Positions 17,886-26,946 of a stretch of DNA of 45,558 nt are shown here, piece by piece. A model generated the notes under the pieces. It saw only the letters and a list, made by a program, of their open reading frames with translations. It was not told the DNA's origin and did no database searches. The position numbers and the translations under genes are program-made. Position 1 is the first letter of the stretch. Each line of letters opens with the position of its first letter. The stretch is from an uncultured Nitrospiraceae bacterium (lineage in GTDB: Bacteria; Nitrospirota; Nitrospiria; Nitrospirales; Nitrospiraceae), in contig CAYJUP010000002.1 of NCBI GenBank assembly GCA_964373365.1, positions 631 to 46,188 of the forward strand, written 5' to 3'.

Positions 17886-18598
17886 TGGGATCGTGTCGGA
17901 GCACCACTTCCTTCCTGCGGCGACACGCTCGCCTTTCTCCTACCAATACGGACCTTAGGAGAATCTTTTGCACAGCATGCCTGGTGGTCCTGTCGCTTTC
18001 CACGCCCTCTCTCGCGGCGGGTCCCTCCTCACAAGGCGGCACGAAGGCGAACGAACTTGAGTCGTTGCGAGAGGCAACCCGGGTTCTTGAAGAAGAGATC
18101 AAGCTGGCCGCCCGCCCGCAGCTCTACTTGCTGCTGGACTTATCAGAGCGAGTGATCTCCATCAAAGGGCGTGGCGTCGAGCTGCACCGACTCCCCATCA
18201 TGACGTGGCGCATTTCCGGAGGAGGCATGGCGGCGGGAGCCTTTCGCCTGCGTGCCCGTCCGTCGGTGGACCGTCCGACGGCCACCCCTGGAGACGAGGC
18301 TTCGCAGGACCTCATCGAGCTGCAGAATATGCCGGCAGAATATGCGCTGGCCTTCGATCCAAGCCTGACCCTTTTTGTGGCTCCGCCGGTTCGAGAGCAG
18401 CCGTGGCTCTGGGCGAAGAGCCATCTGCGAGAATGGGGGACGCGCCTCGCGTCCTGGACCCGTTCCGCGGTCACGCCTGAACAGAAGGCCGCCGGTCCTC
18501 GACTTCGCCTCACACTTTCCCAGGAGGCCGCGCAGTCGCTTGCGTGGTCCGTCACTGAGGGCATGCCACTTCTCATTCGAAGCACTGTTTCCCCATGA
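17885..18598 (+). CDS. Secreted hypothetical protein, translationally coupled to the L,D-transpeptidase
   Basis: 237 aa. The start overlaps the upstream stop (TAATG). A hydrophobic signal-like segment CLVVLSLSTPSLAAG is present. I recognised no catalytic motif. Confidence 0.5.
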   Translation: MGSCRSTTSFLRRHARLSPTNTDLRRIFCTACLVVLSLSTPSLAAGPSSQGGTKANELESLREATRVLEEEIKLAARPQLYLLLDLSERVISIKGRGVELHRLPIMTWRISGGGMAAGAFRLRARPSVDRPTATPGDEASQDLIELQNMPAEYALAFDPSLTLFVAPPVREQPWLWAKSHLREWGTRLASWTRSAVTPEQKAAGPRLRLTLSQEAAQSLAWSVTEGMPLLIRSTVSP

Positions 18599-18627
18599 GC
18601 GAGGGGCAAACCGTCTCGGAGGCCGGG

Positions 18628-18656
18628 TTGCGTTTTACCCCGCGCCAGCCTAAGAT
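18628..18656 (+). promoter_or_regulatory. Candidate promoter of the pgi-pgl-glk-rpiA operon
   Basis: TTGCGT (18628-18633), a 17-nt spacer, then TAAGAT (18651-18656), ~60 nt upstream of ATG 18715. Confidence 0.4.
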
Positions 18657-18714
18657 AGTTTCTCAAGGCAAATAGACCTGCGCAATAATCCCGTGCAGCG
18701 CTTGGGGGAGCACG

Positions 18715-20415
18715 ATGCTTGTGACCAAGATTAGCGCGAGCTTGGGAGTCTTCCAGACCGGTGTCGAGGCTGCTCTTGACGAGATGGCGCGCACACGGAT
18801 TGTGGCTCGTCTCTGGGCAAAGGACCATACGCTGTGGAAGCCGGAGCCGACGGAGATTGAGAATCGGCTCGGCTGGCTAACGGTGGCCGAGCAGATGCAG
18901 GAGCGGGCGGGTTCGCTCCGCGCGTTCGCCAAATCCGTGCGTGATGCCGGCTTCAGTCACGTCGTGCTGCTGGGCATGGGCGGCAGCAGTCTCGGCCCGG
19001 AGGTCCTGCGGTGCACCTTTGGATCGGCACGCGGGTTCCCTTGTCTGTGGGTGCTGGACTCCACCGTTCCCGGTGCCGTGCGTGAGGTCACCAAGTCCGT
19101 CCGACCTGCCCGGACGCTGTTCATTCTGGCCAGTAAGTCGGGCGGAACGGTGGAAGTGATGTCCCTGTTTTCATACTTCTGGGATCTGGTGGCCCGCGCT
19201 CGCGGAAACACCGGTGGAGCCCAGTTCATCGCGATTACCGATCCCGGCACGAGCCTGGCCTCCTTGGCGCACGCGCGCGGCTTCCGGACCACCTTTGTCA
19301 ATCCGTCCGATATCGGAGGGCGGTATTCCGTGCTGTCGTATTTTGGACTGGTGCCGGCCGCCTTGCTGGGCCTGGACCTGGAGACGCTCGTGGGCCGCGG
19401 GGTCGAGATGGCGCGCGCTTGCGGCCCGAGCGTGGCTCCGCCTGACAATCCTGGGGCGTACCTCGGGGCGGTGATGGGGATGCTGGGCCGATCCGGCCGG
19501 GACAAGGTCTCGCTGATCGCCTCCCCGAAGGTGAAGGCGTTCGGGTTGTGGGTGGAGCAATTGCTGGCCGAGAGCACCGGCAAAGAAGGCAAGGGGTTGA
19601 TCCCGATCGCCGAGGAACCGATGGCCTCGCCGGCCAGCTACGGCAATGACCGTCTGTTCGTGTATCTGCGGCTCGACGGTGACGCGAATGCGAATGGGGA
19701 TCGCCATGTGGGAGCGTTGGAACGAGCCGGGCAGCCGGTCCTCCGGCTGACGCTCCGTGATCGATACGACCTGGCGGCCCAGTTCTTCTGCTGGGAATTC
19801 GCCACGGCGGTCGCGAGCCATTTCCTGGGCATCCATCCCTTTGACCAGCCCAACGTGCAGGAGAGCAAAGAGAACACGAGCCGGATTCTCAAGGAAGTGC
19901 AGGCGCGCGGCCGGTTGGCACGCGTGCAAACGGACGGCGATCTGGCCGACCTCCTGGCTCAGGCGGCTCCGGGCAAATATCTCGCGGTCTTGGCCTATAT
20001 GCGTCCCTCGGCACAAGCTGATGCGGCCCTCAACGCGCTCCGCAAGGCGGTGTTGGTCAGGCACCGCCTGGCCACGACGACAGGGTATGGGCCCCGCTAT
20101 CTGCATTCAACCGGCCAGCTTCACAAGGGCGGGCCCAACACCGGGCTGTTTCTACAACTCCTCGAAGAGATGACCCCGGATCTCGAAATTCCGGGCGCGC
20201 CCTATACGTTTGGCACATTGGCCGCGTCGCAGGCGGTGGGAGACCATCAATCGCTTCAAGCTCATCAGCGACCGGTCGTCCACGTGCGGCTCGGCCGATC
20301 GGGGCTTTCGACAATTAGAGCGCTGGCGCGCCTATCCAGCAGACCTGGAGGCGCGCGTCGCCGGACCAACCGCGACATCAAGAGGGGCGGTCGCCGGTTG
20401 AGAAGGTTGAGATGA
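18715..20415 (+). CDS. pgi: Glucose-6-phosphate isomerase
   Basis: 566 aa with SIS-type PGI blocks (RLWAKDHTLWKP...NRLGWL, VLLGMGGSSLGPEV, ILASKSGGT, GGRYSVLS). An Arg-rich ~30-aa C-terminal tail overlaps the pgl start (ATGA). Confidence 0.85.
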   Translation: MLVTKISASLGVFQTGVEAALDEMARTRIVARLWAKDHTLWKPEPTEIENRLGWLTVAEQMQERAGSLRAFAKSVRDAGFSHVVLLGMGGSSLGPEVLRCTFGSARGFPCLWVLDSTVPGAVREVTKSVRPARTLFILASKSGGTVEVMSLFSYFWDLVARARGNTGGAQFIAITDPGTSLASLAHARGFRTTFVNPSDIGGRYSVLSYFGLVPAALLGLDLETLVGRGVEMARACGPSVAPPDNPGAYLGAVMGMLGRSGRDKVSLIASPKVKAFGLWVEQLLAESTGKEGKGLIPIAEEPMASPASYGNDRLFVYLRLDGDANANGDRHVGALERAGQPVLRLTLRDRYDLAAQFFCWEFATAVASHFLGIHPFDQPNVQESKENTSRILKEVQARGRLARVQTDGDLADLLAQAAPGKYLAVLAYMRPSAQADAALNALRKAVLVRHRLATTTGYGPRYLHSTGQLHKGGPNTGLFLQLLEEMTPDLEIPGAPYTFGTLAASQAVGDHQSLQAHQRPVVHVRLGRSGLSTIRALARLSSRPGGARRRTNRDIKRGGRRLRRLR

Positions 20416-21194
20416 GCGCAGCGCCTGAAGTCCGGATTGTGGATGATGCCGAGGAACTGGCGTGCGAGGCGGCCGATCTGCTTGTGTGGCTTGGCCAGCA
20501 GGCGATCACGGCCGGAGGTCGGTTTCGGGTTGCATTGTCAGGCGGGTCCACGCCCAAGGTGCTGTACGCTATGTTAGCGTCTCCGGCCTTCTCCGGGCAG
20601 CTCGAGTGGCCGCGCGTGGACCTCTTCTTTGGTGACGAGCGCTGCGTCCCTCCCGATCATCCCGACAGCAATTTCGGCATCGCGAACGAGTCCCTGCTTC
20701 GACCGTTGAAGATTGCGCCGGGGCGAGTCTTCCGAATGCGCGGTGAGGACAGTAACCCCGATCAGGCGGCTCGCCAGTATGAGGACGTGATCCGAAAGGA
20801 GTTCGGCGCTTCCGCTCCTGCATCGCCCAGCTTTGACCTCATCCTGCTCGGACTGGGCGATGATGGCCATACCGCCTCGTTGTTTGCGGGGACGCCGGCG
20901 TTGGAAGAACGCACGCGGCTGGTGGTGGCCAACCTCGCGCCGCGCGGAGTGAGGAACCGGCTCACGCTGACGACGCCGGCCATTAACCACGCCAGCACGG
21001 TATTGTTTCTTGTGAGTGGGATTTCCAAGGCCGACGCGGTCCACGCGGTGCTCGACGATCGAGACCGGGACGGCGGTCGAGTCCCGGCCAAGCTGATCAG
21101 GCCGGTCAGTGGGCGGTTGATCTGGCTCTTGGATCGCGCGGCGGCGTCCGCGCTCACCGTCGCCAAGCAAGGCGTTGTCTCTCACGAGGAGTGA
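20412..21194 (+). CDS. pgl: 6-phosphogluconolactonase
   Basis: 260 aa with ALSGGSTPK, FFGDERCVPPDHPDSN and LLGLGDDGHTASLF. Confidence 0.92.
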   Translation: MSAAPEVRIVDDAEELACEAADLLVWLGQQAITAGGRFRVALSGGSTPKVLYAMLASPAFSGQLEWPRVDLFFGDERCVPPDHPDSNFGIANESLLRPLKIAPGRVFRMRGEDSNPDQAARQYEDVIRKEFGASAPASPSFDLILLGLGDDGHTASLFAGTPALEERTRLVVANLAPRGVRNRLTLTTPAINHASTVLFLVSGISKADAVHAVLDDRDRDGGRVPAKLIRPVSGRLIWLLDRAAASALTVAKQGVVSHEE

Positions 21195-22256
21195 ATGATT
21201 CTCGCAGGAGACATCGGCGGCACGAAAACGAACTTAGCGCTGTTTGACTGGAAGGGCTACCGTGTCGAGCCGGCGCGGGAACGGACCTTCGCCAGCGCCG
21301 AGTTCAGCTCGTTTGAAGATGTGCTGGCCGAATTTCTGAAGTCGCCCGCGAAAGATTCCGTCAAGTCTAAGGATGAAGAGACATCATCCGAGCCATCCGA
21401 TGCTCCCGCGTCTGAGGAAACGCCCTCGATCGACGCGGCCTGTTTCGGCGTAGCCGGGCCGGTCATCGAGAATCGGTGTCGGACCACGAATTTGCCGTGG
21501 GTCGTGGACGGCGTCGAGTTGGCCAAACGTTTCCAGATCGCGAAAGTGCGTTTACTGAACGATTTGGAGGCCACGGCGCACGGCGCCCTGGTCCTGAGAT
21601 CTGATGAAACCGAAGTGCTGAACCCTGGCGCCCCTTCCTCCGCCAAAAGTGCGATGGCGCTCGTCGCAGCCGGCACAGGGTTGGGCGAATCGATCCTGTT
21701 CTGGGACGGCGTTCGATATCGCCCGATGCCGTCCGAAGGCGGACACGCGGACTTCGCGCCGACCAGCGATCTCGAAATCGAACTACTCCGGTACCTTCGG
21801 GCGAGCCATCTCCACGTGAGCTATGAACGGGTGCTGTCCGGCGCGGGATTGCACGCCGTGTACGAATTCATTCGGGACACCAAGAAAAACGAACCCACCT
21901 GGGTGGCGGAACGTCTGAAGGTGGGCGATCCCGCCGCCGTCATCGCTGAACTGGGGTTGAGCGGGCAGGCGGAGACCTGCGTGCAGGCGTTGGACCTCTT
22001 TGCCTCCATTTACGGGGCGGAAGCAGGGAATCTGGCGCTGAAAGCGTTGGCATTGGACGGTGTCTATGTCGGCGGCGGGATCGCCCCCAAGCTGCTCACG
22101 AAGCTGAAGGACGGCACCTTCATGCGCGCGTTCTCAAGCAAGGGACGCTATAAACGTCTCCTGGGTACGATCCCGGTGCGCGTCATCATGAACCAGAAGA
22201 CCGCGTTGTTGGGCGCCGCGGCGGTCGCAGCGCAGATGGTCGAGGGCACGCGGTGA
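21195..22256 (+). CDS. glk: Glucokinase
   Basis: 353 aa with N-terminal ILAGDIGGTKTNLALF and ROK-less Glk blocks. It starts directly after the pgl stop. Confidence 0.88.
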   Translation: MILAGDIGGTKTNLALFDWKGYRVEPARERTFASAEFSSFEDVLAEFLKSPAKDSVKSKDEETSSEPSDAPASEETPSIDAACFGVAGPVIENRCRTTNLPWVVDGVELAKRFQIAKVRLLNDLEATAHGALVLRSDETEVLNPGAPSSAKSAMALVAAGTGLGESILFWDGVRYRPMPSEGGHADFAPTSDLEIELLRYLRASHLHVSYERVLSGAGLHAVYEFIRDTKKNEPTWVAERLKVGDPAAVIAELGLSGQAETCVQALDLFASIYGAEAGNLALKALALDGVYVGGGIAPKLLTKLKDGTFMRAFSSKGRYKRLLGTIPVRVIMNQKTALLGAAAVAAQMVEGTR

Positions 22257-22954
22257 AGCAGCAGGTGGATAACCTCGAGGCGCTGAAGCGCTCGGCCGCG
22301 GAAGCGGCGGTGGCGTACGTCCATGACGGGAATGTGGTGGGGCTGGGGACCGGTTCCACCGCTCGGTATGTGGTGCTGGCGCTTGCGGAGCGTGTGCGAG
22401 AGGGGTTGGCCATCCGGGGCGTGCCGACCTCGCTGGAGACGGCCGCACTGGCCGCGAACGCCGGCATCACGCTGATCCCGAGTGAGGATACCTGGGCGAT
22501 CGACGTGGCGATCGACGGGGCGGATCAGGTTGATTCGCAGCTCAATCTTATTAAAGGCGGTGGCGGGGCCCTCCTGCGGGAAAAAATTGTGGCGGCCGCT
22601 GCTCGGCAGCTCGTTATCGTCGTGGATCACACCAAACGAGCATCGGTCCTTGGTCATCCGGTGCCGCTGCCTGTCGAGGTGGTGCCGTTCGGCTGGCGGA
22701 GCACCGCACGCCGGATCGAGGCGCTGGGTGGAAAGGCCGTGATTCGGGAACGCGGCGGGCAAATCTTCAAGACCGAGTTCGGTCACTATATCCTGGACCT
22801 TCATATTGACCGGATCGAGGATCCGGCCGGGCTGGAGGCCCGGCTCAACCGGATTCCCGGCGTCGTCGAGAACGGCCTTTTTGTGGGCCGGACGACGGTT
22901 CTGATCGTAGGGACCCCCCGGGGGGTCGAGGTTCAGACAGCAGCGAGACGATAG
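22253..22954 (+). CDS. rpiA: Ribose-5-phosphate isomerase A
   Basis: 233 aa with GLGTGSTA and IDGADQVD...LNLIKGGGGALLREKIV. A GTGA overlap links it to glk. Confidence 0.93.
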   Translation: MKQQVDNLEALKRSAAEAAVAYVHDGNVVGLGTGSTARYVVLALAERVREGLAIRGVPTSLETAALAANAGITLIPSEDTWAIDVAIDGADQVDSQLNLIKGGGGALLREKIVAAAARQLVIVVDHTKRASVLGHPVPLPVEVVPFGWRSTARRIEALGGKAVIRERGGQIFKTEFGHYILDLHIDRIEDPAGLEARLNRIPGVVENGLFVGRTTVLIVGTPRGVEVQTAARR

Positions 22955-22979
22955 ACCCCGCATCTTCCAGAGGAGAGCA

Positions 22980-25586
22980 GTGGATCCGTACAGGCTGCCT
23001 CGACACGTTGTGCCGACCCGCTATGATCTCCGCCTTGAACCTGACTTCACGACATGCACGTTTGCCGGTGTTGAAACCGTCACGGTGACGGTGTGCGAGC
23101 CGACGTCGGAGCTCGTGCTGAACGTGGCCGAACTGCAGGTCTCGGAGGCAGCGATCACTAACGACGAGGGCCTCACGCTTTGCGGAATCGTGGAGATTGA
23201 GGAGTCCACCGAACGCTGTCGGCTGAGATTCCCCGACACGCTCAAGCCCGGCGCGTGGCGACTGCGGCTCTCCTTCAAGGGCGTCCTGAACGATAAGCTG
23301 CGAGGCTTTTACCGAAGCACCTACAAGGACCAGACAGGCGCGTCCCGCATCATGGCGGCCACCCAGTTCGAGGCGACGGACGCTCGTCGCGCCTTCCCGT
23401 GTTGGGACGAGCCGGCATTCAAAGCCGTGTTTTCGTCCACTCTCGTGATCGACCCCGCTCTGACGGCGGTGTCGAATACCGCCGTAGCCACGGAACGTCT
23501 CGAAGGCGGAAAGAAGATGGTGCAGTTCGGCGACACGATCCGCATGTCCACCTATCTGGTCGCGTTCATCGTGGGGGACATGGAAGCAACCGAGGCGGTG
23601 TCGGTTGGCCGAGCGCCCATTCGCGTCTGGTGCGTGCAGGGAAAGCGCCGTCTCGCTGCGTTCGGACAGGTGATTGCGGCGTTTTCACTGCGGTTTTTTG
23701 AGGACTATTACAGCCTGCCGTACCCGGGTGACAAGCTTGACCTGCTGGCCATTCCGGACTTTGCGTCCGGCGCCATGGAGAACCTCGGCGCCATCACGTT
23801 TCGGGAAAACGCCCTCTTGGTTGACGAACAGGCTGCCACTCACGCGGAACTCGAGCGCATTGCCGACGTGGTCGCGCATGAGAACGCGCACATGTGGTTC
23901 GGCGATCTGGTGACCATGACCTGGTGGAACGGGCTCTGGCTCAATGAGGCCTTTGCCACGTTCATGGGGATGCTCGCGGTCGATGCGTGGAAGCCAGACT
24001 GGCAGCGGTGGAGTACGTTCAGTCTCTCAAGGGCCGCCGCGCTGGCTGTCGACGGCCTTCACAGCACGCGGCCGATCGAATATCCCGTGTGTGCGCCGCA
24101 CGATGCTGACGCGATGTTCGATGTACTCACCTACGAAAAGGGCGCCTCTGTGCTGCGGATGCTCGAGCAATATCTCGGCCCCGACGTGTTTCGCGCCGGC
24201 GTCCGCGACTATCTGCGCACGCACGCCTACGGGAACGCCGACACCGGCGATCTGTGGGCCGCGCTGGGACGTGCAGCGAAGCAACCGGTGCCGGCCGTGA
24301 TGAACGGCTGGATCTTCCGGCCGGGGTACCCCCTCATCAGTGTCAATCTTGACCGAAGTTCCCGCCGAAGCGTTCAGTTAATCATCGCGCAACAGCGCTT
24401 CACCTATCTGCCGTCATCCTTCAGCCCGGCAGGCCCGGAGAACGAACGAGAGCAGCGATGGCACGTGCCCATCCAGATACGGATCACGGCGCGCGGCAAG
24501 ACCCGCACACACCGGATGCTCCTGAAGGAGGCTGAGACGAGGCTCGAGCTGCCGGAGGGCTTCGAATCCGCGCTGGTGAACGAGGGCGGCCACGGTTTCT
24601 ATCGCGTGCGCTACGCGCCCGCGCTCCTACAGCGCGTGTTGTGCTTGATGCCGGACGGGCTGGCGGCGATCGAGCGGTTCAACGTGGTGAACGACGCCTG
24701 GGCGGCGGCGGTGGCCGGGCTGATGCCGCTCCCCGACTACCTCGAGCTGACCGCCCGGTTCCGTACCGATCTGGACAGGAACGTGTGGGCCCTCCTGATC
24801 GAGTCATTCCACATGCTGAACCGGATCATCGAACCCGCCGATCGGCCGGCGCTTGAGGCGCTCGTGCGTGATCGGATCGGACCCGCGGTGGCCGAGTTGG
24901 GCTGGGTCGCTCACCCCGCTGAGAGCGAGCTCACCCGGCAGCTCCGAGGCGATCTGCTCCGCGCCCTCGGCACGATCGGGAATGACCGCATCGTCCAGAC
25001 GCGCGCGGCCGAGCTCTATGCCGAACACACACGCGACGGAGCCGCCCGCCGCTCGAACGCCATTGATCCGAACGTGCTTCCGGCGCTCATCGCGGTGCTG
25101 GCGCATGTGGGGGACGACGCGCGGTACGTCGAGTTTCTCCAATGCTTTCGCTCGGCGGCCACGCCGCAGGAGGAGCGGCGCTATCTTTACGCCCTGGCCG
25201 CTTTCCAGCCGACGGTCCTGCTGGATCAGACACTGGCCCGCACGGTCAACGGTGAAATCCGGACGCAAGATGGGCCGTTCGTGGTCAGGTCGCTGCTGAT
25301 GGGCGTCTACGGGCGTCAGCACGCCTGGGACTTCGTCAAGACGAACTGGGAGACGATGGACCGTCTGTACCCGAAGAACGGGCTGCGCCGGATGTGCGAG
25401 GGCGTGATCGGTCTGGCCACGCCCGAGCTCGAGCGCGATGTGCGGGAGTTCTTTGCGGAGCGCAAAATCGATTTTGGCGGGAAAACGCTGGACCAGTATC
25501 TCGAGCAACTGCGCATCATCGTGGCATTCCGCGAGCGCGATGGCGAGACGCTCCGCAGCTATCTCAAGCGCTTCGCCTCGCGGTAG
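22980..25586 (+). CDS. pepN: M1-family aminopeptidase N
   Basis: 868 aa with a GTG start behind AGAGGAGAG. It has GAMENLG and the zinc motif HENAHMWFGDLVTMTWWNGLWLNEAFA (HExxH-18-E). Confidence 0.92.
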   Translation: MDPYRLPRHVVPTRYDLRLEPDFTTCTFAGVETVTVTVCEPTSELVLNVAELQVSEAAITNDEGLTLCGIVEIEESTERCRLRFPDTLKPGAWRLRLSFKGVLNDKLRGFYRSTYKDQTGASRIMAATQFEATDARRAFPCWDEPAFKAVFSSTLVIDPALTAVSNTAVATERLEGGKKMVQFGDTIRMSTYLVAFIVGDMEATEAVSVGRAPIRVWCVQGKRRLAAFGQVIAAFSLRFFEDYYSLPYPGDKLDLLAIPDFASGAMENLGAITFRENALLVDEQAATHAELERIADVVAHENAHMWFGDLVTMTWWNGLWLNEAFATFMGMLAVDAWKPDWQRWSTFSLSRAAALAVDGLHSTRPIEYPVCAPHDADAMFDVLTYEKGASVLRMLEQYLGPDVFRAGVRDYLRTHAYGNADTGDLWAALGRAAKQPVPAVMNGWIFRPGYPLISVNLDRSSRRSVQLIIAQQRFTYLPSSFSPAGPENEREQRWHVPIQIRITARGKTRTHRMLLKEAETRLELPEGFESALVNEGGHGFYRVRYAPALLQRVLCLMPDGLAAIERFNVVNDAWAAAVAGLMPLPDYLELTARFRTDLDRNVWALLIESFHMLNRIIEPADRPALEALVRDRIGPAVAELGWVAHPAESELTRQLRGDLLRALGTIGNDRIVQTRAAELYAEHTRDGAARRSNAIDPNVLPALIAVLAHVGDDARYVEFLQCFRSAATPQEERRYLYALAAFQPTVLLDQTLARTVNGEIRTQDGPFVVRSLLMGVYGRQHAWDFVKTNWETMDRLYPKNGLRRMCEGVIGLATPELERDVREFFAERKIDFGGKTLDQYLEQLRIIVAFRERDGETLRSYLKRFASR

Positions 25587-25622
25587 AATCGTCAGAACCG
25601 GGATCTCAACCCGCCGTTCACC

Positions 25623-26906
25623 ATGCGGAGAACGGCACAGAGGAGCCACAGGTCTATGATGGAGAGCAACCTCGTTCCCTCAGCCACCGCTCCTGCCACA
25701 CTGGAGGAGAATCAGCTCAAGAAACTGGTTGCCGAGGTGGAGCAGCGCGCCCCCGATGATGCGATCAAACTTCTCGACCAGCTATCCGACGCGGTGATCG
25801 CGAAGGTGTTGGTGATGCTCAACCCCTCCAGCGCGCTGAACATCCTGTTGCGATTTGAGGAGGACCGCCGGAAGACAATCCTGTTGGCGGGCTCTGCGGA
25901 ACGTCGCGAGCAATTGATACGCAACCAGGCGTATCCCGAAGGGAGCGTGGGCCGGCTGATGGAGCCACCTATCGCCGTCTTTAGCCCGGACCTCACAGTC
26001 ACGCAGGCGGTGGAGCAACTGCGCGAGCTGGTCAAGAGGGCGTTTATCACCTATGGCTACGTGGCCGATCAGGAGGGCAAGCTCCTGGGCGTCCTCGTCA
26101 TGCGCGACCTGTTGTTGGCGGCCCCGACGCAGCGCTTAGGCGAGATTATGCTCCGGCAACCGTTCCATCTGACCCCCCAGATGGACGTGGCCGATGCCAT
26201 GCCGCTCGTGGTCACCCGCCATTATCCGGTCTATCCGGTCTGCGATGAAGCGGGACGTCTGGTCGGCCTGGTGCGCGGGTATGTCCTCTTCCAGGAGCAG
26301 ACGATCCAAATCAGCGCCCAGCCGGGGCGCATGGTCGGTGTGGAAAACGAAGACCGGCTGGCCACTCCGTGGCGGCGGAGCCTGAGGCTTCGTCACGCGT
26401 GGCTGCAGCTCAATCTGCTCACGGCCTTCCTGGCCGCCGCGGTGGTGGGAATGTTCGAAGAGACGATTGAACAGGTGGTGGCCCTGGCGGTGTTCCTGCC
26501 GGTCTTGGCCGGCCAATCGGGCAACACAGGCTGTCAGGCCCTGGCGGTCACCTTGCGCGGGATGACCCTCGGTGAACTCCAAGAGGGAAACCGAAGGCGG
26601 CTCGTGACAAAGGAAACCTTCCTGGGCTTGCTGAACGGAACCTTGGTGGGCGTCACCGCAGCCCTGGGCATGTATCTCTATACCACCATCCAACACCACG
26701 AGAGGGGCCTGATGCTGGCATTTGTAGTTTTTCTGGCCATGGTTGCCAGTTGTGTGACCAGCGGGCTGTCCGGGGCGCTGATCCCGCTGGGGCTGAAGAA
26801 GCTCGGCGCCGATCCCGCCACGGCCTCCAGCATCTTTCTGACAACCGCCACCGATATTGTCAGCATGGGAGTGTTTCTCTGGCTGGCGACCCTATTGGTT
26901 CTTTAG
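25623..26906 (+). CDS. mgtE: Magnesium transporter MgtE
   Basis: 427 aa with an MgtE N-domain, a CBS pair and the TM core (LPVLAGQSGNTGCQALAVTLRGM, ATASSIFLTTATD). The start could instead be ATG 25656 or 25659. Confidence 0.9.
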   Translation: MRRTAQRSHRSMMESNLVPSATAPATLEENQLKKLVAEVEQRAPDDAIKLLDQLSDAVIAKVLVMLNPSSALNILLRFEEDRRKTILLAGSAERREQLIRNQAYPEGSVGRLMEPPIAVFSPDLTVTQAVEQLRELVKRAFITYGYVADQEGKLLGVLVMRDLLLAAPTQRLGEIMLRQPFHLTPQMDVADAMPLVVTRHYPVYPVCDEAGRLVGLVRGYVLFQEQTIQISAQPGRMVGVENEDRLATPWRRSLRLRHAWLQLNLLTAFLAAAVVGMFEETIEQVVALAVFLPVLAGQSGNTGCQALAVTLRGMTLGELQEGNRRRLVTKETFLGLLNGTLVGVTAALGMYLYTTIQHHERGLMLAFVVFLAMVASCVTSGLSGALIPLGLKKLGADPATASSIFLTTATDIVSMGVFLWLATLLVL

Positions 26907-26946
26907 GCCGCTAGTAAATTGTCACCGTCCTTGCTAAGTCTCTGGG

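Noticed and set aside
25587-25660. An M-box (Mg) riboswitch upstream of mgtE
   Set aside because: Only ~36-70 nt separate pepN from the possible mgtE starts. That is far too short for an M-box, and no conserved M-box blocks are seen.
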